Positions 17,901-26,501 of a stretch of 35,865 bases of DNA are shown in pieces. Position 1 is the stretch's first letter. Every line of letters starts with the position of its first letter. Location: the sequence record SRR9188677_180. One strand, 5' to 3'. Below the pieces are notes generated by a model. It made no database searches, was not told the DNA's origin, and saw only the letters and a list, made by a program, of their open reading frames with translations. A program made the translations under genes and the position numbers.

Positions 17901-19442
17901 ATGAAAAATAAGATCGATATCTTACAAGATAAAATTAACACAGCCCATTTAGGTGGTGGACAAGCGAGAATAGACAGTCAGCATAAAAAAGGTAAATTAA
18001 CTGCCAGAGAGCGTATTCATTTTTTAATGGACGAAGGTAGCTTTGAAGAAATTGGCATGTTGGTAACACACCGCAGCACAGATTTTGGCATGGAAGCCGA
18101 AAAATATTTAGGCGATGGTGTAATTACAGGTTATGGTACGATAAACGGCCGTTTAACTTATGTGTTTTCGCAAGATTTTACAGTTTTTGGTGGCTCTTTG
18201 TCTGAAACACATGCCGAAAAAATTTGCAAAGTAATGGAAATGGCCATGAAAAATGGTGCTCCAATTATTGGGCTAAACGATAGTGGTGGCGCACGTATAC
18301 AAGAAGGCGTTGTTTCTTTAGGTGGGTATGCTGATATTTTTTATCGCAACGTACAAGCCTCTGGTGTTATCCCTCAGCTGTCTGCAATTATGGGCCCCTG
18401 CGCTGGTGGCGCAGTATATTCACCTGCAATTACCGACTTTATTTTGATGGTAGAAAATACTTCATACATGTTTGTTACAGGCCCAAATGTGGTAAAAACA
18501 GTAACACACGAAGAGGTTACCTCTGAAGAACTTGGGGGTGCAAGTACCCATGCAACTAAATCTGGAGTTACACACTTTGCTTGTGCTAATGAGCTTGATG
18601 CCATTAGCCATGTGAAAAAATTACTAAGCTACATGCCGCAAAACTGCGAGGAAACTGCTGCAAGTTTACCTTATGAAATGGCCGAAGAAAGCAGATCAGC
18701 TTTAAATGATTTTTTACCGCAAAATGCTAGTCAGCCCTATGACATTAGGGAGGTGATTACAGCAGTAGCTGATGCCGATAGCTTTTTAGAAGTACATGCA
18801 GCTTATGCAGAAAACATTGTGGTAGGATTTGCCCGTTTGGCAGGCCGTAGCATTGGTATTGTGGCTAACCAGCCAGCTTATTTAGCTGGTGTTTTAGATA
18901 GTAATTCTTCTACTAAAGCCGCTCGTTTTGTACGTTTCTGCGATTGTTTCAATATCCCACTTTTGGTATTTGAAGACGTACCAGGCTTTTTACCAGGAAC
19001 AGACCAAGAATGGAATGGCATTATTACCAATGGCGCTAAATTATTGTATGCATTTAGTGAGGCAACTGTACCACGTATTACCGTAATTACCCGTAAAGCT
19101 TACGGCGGTGCTTATGATGTGATGAATAGCAAACACATTGGTGCCGACATGAACTATGCTTGGCCAAGTGCAGAAATAGCTGTAATGGGCGCTAAAGGTG
19201 CTGCTGAAATTATTTTTAAAAGAGAAATTTCTTCCGCAGAAAACCCACAAGAAAAATGGCTGGAGAAAGAAAAACTATATTCAGACATTTTTGCGAACCC
19301 TTATCGTGCTGCAGAGCGTGGTTTTGTTGACGAGGTAATTGAACCTTCTCAAACTCGTATAAAGCTTATTAAAGCATTTAAAATGTTAGAGAACAAAGTA
19401 GTGAACAATCCACGTAAAAAACACGGCAACATTCCTTTGTAA
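17901..19442 (+). CDS. acyl-CoA (propionyl/methylmalonyl-CoA) carboxylase carboxyltransferase beta subunit
   Basis: 'GKLTARER', 'QDFTVFGGS', '[10 protein letters not shown]', '[12 protein letters not shown]', 'DVPGFLPG' and 'KKHGNIPL'. Confidence 0.95.
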   Translation: MKNKIDILQDKINTAHLGGGQARIDSQHKKGKLTARERIHFLMDEGSFEEIGMLVTHRSTDFGMEAEKYLGDGVITGYGTINGRLTYVFSQDFTVFGGSLSETHAEKICKVMEMAMKNGAPIIGLNDSGGARIQEGVVSLGGYADIFYRNVQASGVIPQLSAIMGPCAGGAVYSPAITDFILMVENTSYMFVTGPNVVKTVTHEEVTSEELGGASTHATKSGVTHFACANELDAISHVKKLLSYMPQNCEETAASLPYEMAEESRSALNDFLPQNASQPYDIREVITAVADADSFLEVHAAYAENIVVGFARLAGRSIGIVANQPAYLAGVLDSNSSTKAARFVRFCDCFNIPLLVFEDVPGFLPGTDQEWNGIITNGAKLLYAFSEATVPRITVITRKAYGGAYDVMNSKHIGADMNYAWPSAEIAVMGAKGAAEIIFKREISSAENPQEKWLEKEKLYSDIFANPYRAAERGFVDEVIEPSQTRIKLIKAFKMLENKVVNNPRKKHGNIPL

Positions 19443-19459
19443 AAATACTTGGTATCGAC

Positions 19460-19696
19460 GGAAGAGGTAAGATAGGAAATGGAAGATGGATGGAAAATAT
19501 GAGAGGTAAGGTGGACGTAATATGGAAGAGGTAGGATGGAAGATGGAAAAAAGTGATAAGCGACGAATTAGAAACCAACTATTACTTGCCATTTTACATC
19601 TTCCATTTTCCAACCCCGTAGCTCATAACCCGCAACCCATAACTCACAACTAGTAACCCACAACTCGCAACTCATAACCCGTAACTCAAAACTATG
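19460..19696. repeat. compound heptamer tandem array (GGAAGAT-type arm, inverted ATCTTCC-type arm, then 12 AACYCRY-type units)
   Basis: Units read directly: 19460-19551 purine-rich arm, 19591-19611 inverted arm, 19613-19696 second family. Confidence 0.9.
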
Positions 19697-20851
19697 ACTC
19701 TAAAACGAGCCGACATACTTTTAATGGCCTTTTGTACGGGTTTAATCGTAGCTAACATTTATTATTGCCAACCACTGGTAATTTTAGTAGCTAAAGATTT
19801 TAACCTTACCGAGACTTATGCTGGTCGTATTACTTACATTACGCAGGCTGGTTATGCCATTGGCTTATTTCTTTTGGTTCCATTGGGTGATATGTTTGAG
19901 CGTAAAAAGCAAATTTTGCTCATCACTGGACTTGCCATATTAGCCTTGTTGATAGCCGCGTTTTCACACACTTTTTTCTTATTAGAAGTAGCAAGTTTAT
20001 TAATTGGCGCTTGCTCTATCGTGCCACAGCTTATTTTACCATTGGCTGCAAACTTAAGTAATGATGAAAACCGTGGTCATAATATCGGTATTATTATGAG
20101 CGGACTTTTAGTAGGCATATTAGCCTCTAGGGCAGTAAGCGGAAGTATAGGTTTTTGGTTAGGCTGGCGAGCAGTTTACTTTATGGCGGCCGGAATTTGC
20201 ATTTTGCTCATCGCCTTAATGGCTAAACGATTTCCACAAAGCTATCCATCTTTTAAAGGTAGCTATAAACAGTTAATGACTTCTATGTTTGGCTACATTA
20301 AAACTCAGCCTGTTTTAAGAGAAACTTCTATTATTAATTTTTTAGCATTTGCCATTATCAGTGCCTTTTGGACTACCATGGTTTTGTTTTTAGCCAATCC
20401 ACCTTTTAACTTTCAAACATTACAAATAGGTTTATTTGGTATTGCTGGTGCCGCTGGTGCGCTTGCTGCGCCGCTAGTTGGTAAGCTGAGCGATGGTGGT
20501 AATCCACGTAAAAATTTAATGATTGGGTTTATCCTACAACTCATCAGCGTTGCTTTATTTTACTTTACCGGCAGTTATTTATATCTTTTTGTAATCGGCA
20601 TTGTGCTCATAGATATTGGTCAGCAAGCCATACACGTTACCAACCAAACCCGCATTTATACTTTAATACCCGAAGCCAGAAATAGATTAAATACCATCTT
20701 CATGTCGGTAAGTTTTGTAGGCGCAAGCTGCGGTTCAGCCTTAGGTTTATGGTTATGGGATTTAGGCGGCTGGGCCATGTTTTGTTATGGCATTACAGCT
20801 ATCATCCTACTCAACATGCTCATCTATAAATTGTACTCAAAAAAAATGTAG
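19694..20851 (+). CDS. MFS transporter (YnfM-like)
   Basis: About 12 hydrophobic segments, 'NIYYCQPL', motif-A-like 'PLGDMFERKK' and 'GIIMSGLLVGIL'. Confidence 0.9.
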   Translation: MTLKRADILLMAFCTGLIVANIYYCQPLVILVAKDFNLTETYAGRITYITQAGYAIGLFLLVPLGDMFERKKQILLITGLAILALLIAAFSHTFFLLEVASLLIGACSIVPQLILPLAANLSNDENRGHNIGIIMSGLLVGILASRAVSGSIGFWLGWRAVYFMAAGICILLIALMAKRFPQSYPSFKGSYKQLMTSMFGYIKTQPVLRETSIINFLAFAIISAFWTTMVLFLANPPFNFQTLQIGLFGIAGAAGALAAPLVGKLSDGGNPRKNLMIGFILQLISVALFYFTGSYLYLFVIGIVLIDIGQQAIHVTNQTRIYTLIPEARNRLNTIFMSVSFVGASCGSALGLWLWDLGGWAMFCYGITAIILLNMLIYKLYSKKM

Positions 20852-20852
20852 C

Positions 20853-21263
20853 ATGGCAGTTGTAGAGCAAATATTTCCATCACTTACCTGGCGCATTAGG
20901 CACATTGCAATGTATCCAGATCAACCTTATGATTTTGTAAAGCTAGTTAATGATTTTGATGGCATCCATTTTGGCCTTTATGAAGACTATGAATTAACGG
21001 GCGTAGTTTCTTTGTTTATACAGGGTAATGTAGGGCAATTCAGAAAATTAGCCGTTTTGCCAGTAGCCCAACACAAAGGCTTTGGTACACAATTAATGCA
21101 TTACCTTATCGATTTTTGTAAGGTGCAAAAGCTCACTAAATTACGGTGCAACGCAAGGGTAAATGCCAAAGAATTTTACACTAAACTAGGCTTTTACGAA
21201 ACAACACAAACCTACAGCGCAGACGGTTTCGATTTTGTAATTATGGAGCTAATTATTACTTAA
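20853..21263 (+). CDS. GNAT family N-acetyltransferase
   Basis: 'FRKLAV...QHKGFGT' acetyl-CoA motif A and 'CNAR..A..FY.KLGF'. The likely start is the ATG at 20853, just after the MFS stop. Confidence 0.9.
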   Translation: MAVVEQIFPSLTWRIRHIAMYPDQPYDFVKLVNDFDGIHFGLYEDYELTGVVSLFIQGNVGQFRKLAVLPVAQHKGFGTQLMHYLIDFCKVQKLTKLRCNARVNAKEFYTKLGFYETTQTYSADGFDFVIMELIIT

Positions 21264-21324
21264 TAACCTAAGTTCAATATTAGTCGACTGAATTATTGAA
21301 GTAAGATATCTATTTCTCATTGGG

Positions 21325-21391
21325 TCGTCATGCTGAATTTATTTCAGCATCTATTTAACATGAAAGCTCCTGCAATAATTCAGGGTGACGA
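21325..21391. repeat. CGTC-tagged REP-like dimeric palindrome
   Basis: TCGTCA-TGCTGAA-TTTAT-TTCAGCA-TCT ... CCTGCAATAATTCAGG-G-TGACGA: two hairpins in inverted orientation with complementary ends. Confidence 0.75.
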
Positions 21392-21448
21392 ACAAGCTAA
21401 GCCAAAACTTAGTTTAAAGCTTTAAAACCAAATGTTTATCAACTTAGG

Positions 21449-22414
21449 TTAATTGTATTGTAAGCTATTCAGCAGCATACTTGCATACATATTCTTCTTT
21501 TTCTCGTTAGATATTTTCGCAAAATCCACAGCAGTTGTTTTATTTCCTTTCAGCTCTGCTAAAACAGCTAAATTATAATAGGCTTTATAGGCAATATTGG
21601 CATCGGTACTTTTTGCCAATACGATTAACGCCTTATTTGCCGCATCATAATCGCCTGTTTTTATAGCAGTTGCACTTTCTTTAAACACTTTATCTGTATA
21701 AATAGGTCTATCTAAACTAATCAGCTGACTTTTAAAATATCCTGCCACATTTTTTCCCGCCATCATCGATACTTCCTGTACAAATTTCGTATTGGAACCT
21801 AAAGCTGGGCCAATGGCTAATATGGCACTGACCACTGCTCTTTCAGAATGGTATTTGGCCATATCGCCTCGCAATTGTTTAAACGATAAGCCAGCTTTAT
21901 CGTACAACACCCATGATGATTTAACAGCTAAAGAATACTTGGCCACTTTGCTGGTAGAGCCATCTGTATTTTTAGTTTTGATCACCTCGTCTTGCTCAAA
22001 ACCTGCATCATAATTTTCTAATGCCAAAATGTAATCTGCCTTATATTGCTGGGCCAATTGCTGTATTTCGCCAACGGTTAAAACTGTACTATCTAAATCA
22101 GCCTTTATGTTTCTTGCCATTGTTAAGCTATCCGATTTTTTAATCAATTGAATGCCTTTAATACTTTCCAACTCTGTTAAAACCTGTGCTATTTCAGCAT
22201 TTATTCCGTTGTTAAACACAGCTTTCTTTTTGTCTTTGCGTAGTGTAAAATCAACTTTGTTAACGTCAAACCTATTGATCACTAAAATATGTACCGTGCT
22301 ATCGTTAAAGTTAATTTCTGGCGGTCTATTCGCTGTTAAAGGAATATAACTTACACCACAGCCTAAAAAGCTTACTGTGGCAAAAATAAAGAGAGAAAAT
22401 TTTAAGTATTTCAT
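21449..22414 (-). CDS. lipoprotein, DUF6340-like with C-terminal TPR-like helices
   Basis: Likely start MKYLKF at 22414; lipobox 'FLG-C'; 'PPEI'; C-terminal 'KAYYNLAVLAELKG...A...A'. Confidence 0.7.
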   Translation of the reverse strand: MKYLKFSLFIFATVSFLGCGVSYIPLTANRPPEINFNDSTVHILVINRFDVNKVDFTLRKDKKKAVFNNGINAEIAQVLTELESIKGIQLIKKSDSLTMARNIKADLDSTVLTVGEIQQLAQQYKADYILALENYDAGFEQDEVIKTKNTDGSTSKVAKYSLAVKSSWVLYDKAGLSFKQLRGDMAKYHSERAVVSAILAIGPALGSNTKFVQEVSMMAGKNVAGYFKSQLISLDRPIYTDKVFKESATAIKTGDYDAANKALIVLAKSTDANIAYKAYYNLAVLAELKGNKTTAVDFAKISNEKKKNMYASMLLNSLQYN

Positions 22415-22530
22415 TTGTGAATTTGATGTAAACATTTAATAGACGATAGAAAAGATAAAATAGTTACGACAATATTTTTATTTTTACAAAAATCCACTTA
22501 AACAATATTAATTGGTATCAATTACAAATT

Positions 22531-23649
22531 ATGGCAAAAGATAAAGCAGACGACAAAAAGAAAAAACATATCCCAGTAGTCAATAAAAAATCGCTTCAAT
22601 TTTTCGAAGCTTATATCAATAACCCTGCACCAACGGGTTACGAATGGGAAGGTCAAAAATTATGGTTAGACTACTTAAAACCATACATCGACGAGCATTT
22701 TATAGACAATTATGGTACAGCGGTTGGTGTTATCAATCCAAAAGCTAGTTATAAAGTTGTTATCGAGGCACACGCCGATGAAATTTCATGGTATGTAAAC
22801 TACATTACCAGCGATGGCTTAATTTATGTAATCCGCAACGGTGGTTCTGATCATCAAATTGCACCGTCTAAACGCGTAAATATCCATACCGAAAAAGGAT
22901 TGGTTAAAGCTGTTTTTGGTTGGCCAGCCATCCATACCCGCCATGGCGAAAAGGAAGAAGCACCTCAGTTGAAAAACATCTTTTTAGATTGTGGCTGCAC
23001 TACCAAAGAAGAAGTAGAAGCATTGGGCGTACACGTTGGTTGCGTAATTACTTACGAAGATGAGTTTATGGTGCTTAACGACCGCTATTATGTTGGCCGT
23101 GCGTTAGACAATCGTGCAGGTGGTTTTATGATTGCCGAAGTTGCCCGTTTATTAAAAGAAAACAAACAAAAACTTCCTTTCGGTTTATACATTGTAAACT
23201 CTGTACAAGAAGAAATTGGCTTACGTGGTGCCGAAATGATTGCACAACGCATAAAACCAAACGTAGCTATAGTTACCGATGTAACGCATGATACAACTAC
23301 ACCAATGATCAGCAAAATTACTCAAGGCGATTTAGCTTGCGGTAAAGGCCCGGTAGTTTCTTATGCGCCCGCAGTACAAACCAACTTAAATAAACTGTTA
23401 ATTAAAACTGCCGAGCAAAACAATATTCCATTCCAACGCCAAGCTTCGTCACGCTCAACCGGTACCGATACAGATGCTTTCGCCTACTCAAATGGCGGCG
23501 TACCATCTGCATTAATTTCACTTCCGTTGCGTTACATGCATACCACAGTAGAAATGGTGCACAAAGAAGACGTTGACAACGTAATTAGCTTAATTTACCA
23601 AAGCTTATTAAACATTAAAGCAGATCAAGATTTTCGGGAATTTTCTTAA
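22531..23649 (+). CDS. M42 family metallopeptidase
   Basis: Metal ligands 'AHADE', 'ALDNR', 'QEEIG', 'TDVTH', 'GTDTD' and 'RYMHT'. Confidence 0.95.
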   Translation: MAKDKADDKKKKHIPVVNKKSLQFFEAYINNPAPTGYEWEGQKLWLDYLKPYIDEHFIDNYGTAVGVINPKASYKVVIEAHADEISWYVNYITSDGLIYVIRNGGSDHQIAPSKRVNIHTEKGLVKAVFGWPAIHTRHGEKEEAPQLKNIFLDCGCTTKEEVEALGVHVGCVITYEDEFMVLNDRYYVGRALDNRAGGFMIAEVARLLKENKQKLPFGLYIVNSVQEEIGLRGAEMIAQRIKPNVAIVTDVTHDTTTPMISKITQGDLACGKGPVVSYAPAVQTNLNKLLIKTAEQNNIPFQRQASSRSTGTDTDAFAYSNGGVPSALISLPLRYMHTTVEMVHKEDVDNVISLIYQSLLNIKADQDFREFS

Positions 23650-23670
23650 ACAATCCCTTAAAATATACAG

Positions 23671-23699
23671 GGCTGGTGGGTTTTCCATCAGCTTTTTTT
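23671..23699 (+). terminator. intrinsic terminator
   Basis: GCTGGTGG-GTTTT-CCATCAGC followed by TTTTTTT. Confidence 0.8.
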
Positions 23700-23725
23700 A
23701 TATCCGCTGTTGCGAAATTATTCTT

Positions 23726-23875
23726 TTTTTTGAAAAGCAAAAACAGTGCTGCTATTAACCGAAAGCCCCGCCAATGTTGCTGCCTCCAACGCAATTTCCA
23801 TCGCTGGGCATTCAAGTATATCGGGTTTAGTTTACAAAATTTACTACAACAAAATTTGAAACTCCGGCCGCAAAA
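23726..23875 (+). repeat. interspersed intergenic element, copy B (same family as 13610-13726)
   Basis: TTTTTGAAAA-N27-AGCCCC ... ATCGGGTTTAGTTTACAA, the same motif order and first spacer length as copy A. Confidence 0.55.
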
Positions 23876-23958
23876 CAATAACTTGTAAGTATTAATCAAT
23901 TCATCCCCTTCGAAAAAACTATTTAAACCATTTATCAAATCCTACATCTTAACGCTCA

Positions 23959-24483
23959 ATGATCAACGATGTACAATTTGAAAAGCTATATAAAGCGTAC
24001 AATAAATTAGTGTACAATTTAGCTTTAAGTTATGTGCAAAATACAGCCGATGCTGCAGACATCGTACAAGAAACCTTTGTTAAAATTTACCACAATTACC
24101 AAAGTTTTAACAGTGAAAAATCTAGTTTAAAAACATGGGTTTATCGGATCACCATTAACCAATCGCTCGATTTTCTAAAAGCAAAAAGAACCAAAAAGCG
24201 ATTCGGTTTTAACGTTAGATTGTTTCATAATGAAACAAACGAACCCATCCCAGAAGCCATTTCATTCAATCATCCTGGAGTAGCGCTAGAAGATAAAGAA
24301 GCATTACAGCACTTGTTTCATCTAATCAATCAGTTACCAGACAACCAAAAAACTGCACTTATTTTAACCAAAGTAGAAGATAGGCCACAAAAGGAAGTCG
24401 CCGAGATCATGAATATGAGTGTTAAAGCGGTAGAAAGTCTTTTACAAAGAGCCAAACAAACACTTTCAAAAAAACTAAACTAA
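23959..24483 (+). CDS. ECF-type RNA polymerase sigma factor
   Basis: Region 2 'DAADIVQETFVK...KTWVYRITIN' and region 4 'LPDNQKTALIL....QKEVAEIM..SVKAVESLLQRAK'. Confidence 0.95.
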   Translation: MINDVQFEKLYKAYNKLVYNLALSYVQNTADAADIVQETFVKIYHNYQSFNSEKSSLKTWVYRITINQSLDFLKAKRTKKRFGFNVRLFHNETNEPIPEAISFNHPGVALEDKEALQHLFHLINQLPDNQKTALILTKVEDRPQKEVAEIMNMSVKAVESLLQRAKQTLSKKLN

Positions 24484-24485
24484 AC

Positions 24486-24514
24486 CGAAGGATTTATTTT
24501 TATCCATCGTATAA
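24486..24514 (+). promoter_or_regulatory. possible ECF-sigma-dependent promoter (CGAAGG ... CGTATAA)
   Basis: GAAGG and CGT elements at ECF-like spacing, directly after the sigma gene and before the anti-sigma candidate. Confidence 0.35.
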
Positions 24515-24532
24515 CCATATATCATACCCAAA

Positions 24533-24811
24533 ATGAAAATTGACCAACATTTAGCACCATTAAAAAAAATTACTCAGGTAGAAGCACCAGCGCATTTGTT
24601 TGCACAAATAAAAACGCAGCTTGATCTGTCTAATAAAAAGTTAGAAGCACCAATACAATGGAAGGTAATTTTTGCAGCAGCAGCCTTAATTATTATTTCA
24701 TTAAATGTGATGGCATTTATTAACCTAAATAGCGAAAAAGAAAATACAGCAGTACAACAAATGGCAGAAGTAATGCAACTATCAACCTCTAATAATTTAT
24801 ATAATGAGTAA
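24533..24811 (+). CDS. putative single-pass anti-sigma factor
   Basis: Follows the ECF sigma gene; cytoplasmic 'VEAPAHLFAQI' segment, one TM helix and a short periplasmic tail. Confidence 0.65.
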   Translation: MKIDQHLAPLKKITQVEAPAHLFAQIKTQLDLSNKKLEAPIQWKVIFAAAALIIISLNVMAFINLNSEKENTAVQQMAEVMQLSTSNNLYNE

Positions 24812-25298
24812 GATTAACCTTTTAATTATAGCTGTAGTTAGTTTAGTTGTCATCAATATTTGCTTATTGGGCTATCTATTTTTTTATCAACCAAAAATCG
24901 AAAATAGGCCTCAACAGCTAAATGAGCAGCCTAAAAACATCATCATACAAAAACTAAAATTTGATGACACCCAAATTAAGGCATACCAAGATTTAATTGA
25001 TGAGCACAGGCAAAATGTAAGGGAGTATAACGACGAAATAAGGGAGGTTAAAAATGAACTCTATCTTACCTTAAGCGATAATAACCCAACTAAAGTAAGT
25101 GATTTGCAAAACAGACTTGCACAATTACAAAAGGAGATAGAATTGGTGCACTACAATCATTTTGCAGCGATTAAGAAACTCTGCAAACCTGACCAAATTG
25201 CAGCATTTAATGAGTTAACAGCAGAACTTGCAGCGATATTTGGCAATGATAAAGGCAAACCCCAACAGTCGCCTCCGCCACCCCCACCTCAATTCTAA
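24804..25298 (+). CDS. periplasmic Spy/CpxP/ZraP-like ('heavy-metal sensor') helical protein
   Basis: N-terminal TM anchor, 'L.FDD.Q', coiled coil and an LTxxQ-like 'LCKPDQ'; polyproline tail. Overlaps the upstream gene by 8 nt. Confidence 0.75.
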   Translation: MSKINLLIIAVVSLVVINICLLGYLFFYQPKIENRPQQLNEQPKNIIIQKLKFDDTQIKAYQDLIDEHRQNVREYNDEIREVKNELYLTLSDNNPTKVSDLQNRLAQLQKEIELVHYNHFAAIKKLCKPDQIAAFNELTAELAAIFGNDKGKPQQSPPPPPPQF

Positions 25299-25312
25299 AA
25301 ATTAAAAGAAAT

Positions 25313-26374
25313 ATGAAAAAAACTAAATTAACGATTGCTCTCCTCCTCCCTTTGTTTATATTTCAATATTGTAGCAAAAAAAGCAATAGCGTAAGTGCTG
25401 CAGCAGAACAAACAGCGCCAATTTTACCCACTACAGCTTATAATTATTTAATCGCTTACCCTGCACACATTCAAAATGATTTAACAAGCAACGACAATAC
25501 TCCGGCAGATAATCCTATTACAAATGATGGTGCAACTTTGGGAAGAGTATTATTTTACGATAAGCAATTAAGCAAAAATAACACCATTAGCTGTGGTAGC
25601 TGCCACAAACAAGACCAAGCATTTGATGACAATGCTGCACTAAGCAAAGGTTTTGAAGGTGGTTTAACTACCAGAAATAGCATGGCCATTTTAAATTTGC
25701 GCTTTTACAAAAACGGTAAAATGTTTTGGGATGAAAGAGCAGCAACTTTAGAAAAACAGGTGTTGCAACCAATTCAAAATCATATAGAAATGGGACTAAC
25801 GCTTAATGAGCTAGAAACAAAAGTAAAATCATTAAGTTATTACCCAGCATTATTCCAAAAAGCATTTGGCAGTACCCAGATAGATTCTGTACGTATTGCA
25901 AAATCATTGGCGCAATTTTGCAGAAGCATTGTAACATACCAAGCTAAATATGATAGAGTTAAGCAAGGACAAGAACAATTCAGCCCTGCAGAAGCAGCCG
26001 GAGAACAATTGTTTTTAAATGCAGGTAATGTTACTTGCGCAAGCTGCCATAAACCACCAATGTTTTTAACCAGTACACCAGCACAAGGTTTTGGCTTAGC
26101 TGATAATAGCGATTTAGGTATTAATAACCAAAGAAGATTCAAATCTGGTTCATTAAGAAACATTAGTAATCGCAGCAGTTTATTTCATAATGGCAGTATT
26201 GCAAATGTACAAGCAATGCTAAACGCTGGCGCACCCGGCAGTAATTTACCTGCTATTGCCCAACACTCTGTGGCGCCACAAGATGTACAAAATATTATTG
26301 CATTTATAAATACGCTCACCGATAATACTATTATTTCAGAAGCTCGTTTCTCAAATCCCTTTCAAAATAAGTAG
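25313..26374 (+). CDS. di-heme cytochrome c peroxidase / MauG superfamily protein (probable lipoprotein)
   Basis: Two CxxCH motifs (CGSCH, CASCH), 'LGRVLFYD..LS', 'FWD.RA..LE.Q...PI....EM' and 'FK..SLRNI....FHNG'. Confidence 0.9.
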   Translation: MKKTKLTIALLLPLFIFQYCSKKSNSVSAAAEQTAPILPTTAYNYLIAYPAHIQNDLTSNDNTPADNPITNDGATLGRVLFYDKQLSKNNTISCGSCHKQDQAFDDNAALSKGFEGGLTTRNSMAILNLRFYKNGKMFWDERAATLEKQVLQPIQNHIEMGLTLNELETKVKSLSYYPALFQKAFGSTQIDSVRIAKSLAQFCRSIVTYQAKYDRVKQGQEQFSPAEAAGEQLFLNAGNVTCASCHKPPMFLTSTPAQGFGLADNSDLGINNQRRFKSGSLRNISNRSSLFHNGSIANVQAMLNAGAPGSNLPAIAQHSVAPQDVQNIIAFINTLTDNTIISEARFSNPFQNK

Positions 26375-26501
26375 GGTTGAAGTAGCTTGATTAATGGATG
26401 ATTTTTAATTGTTTAACATTTTAGGCATTAAGTTTGAGTGGCTTTTTTCACTTTTAAAACTTACCTTTACAACCTTTAGTAAATCATCCCAAATTTAACA
26501 T

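Noticed and set aside
19378-19613. 66-aa and 75-aa minus-strand ORFs
   Set aside because: They are translations of the heptamer array, low in complexity, and overlap the carboxylase 3' end antisense.
19460-19696. CRISPR array
   Set aside because: The units are 7-nt degenerate tandem repeats with no 23-47 nt direct repeats separated by unique spacers, and there are no cas genes.
23615-23938. 107-aa (-) and 70-aa (+) ORFs in the M42-sigma intergenic region
   Set aside because: They span a terminator and the repeat element, and show no protein-like composition or motifs.
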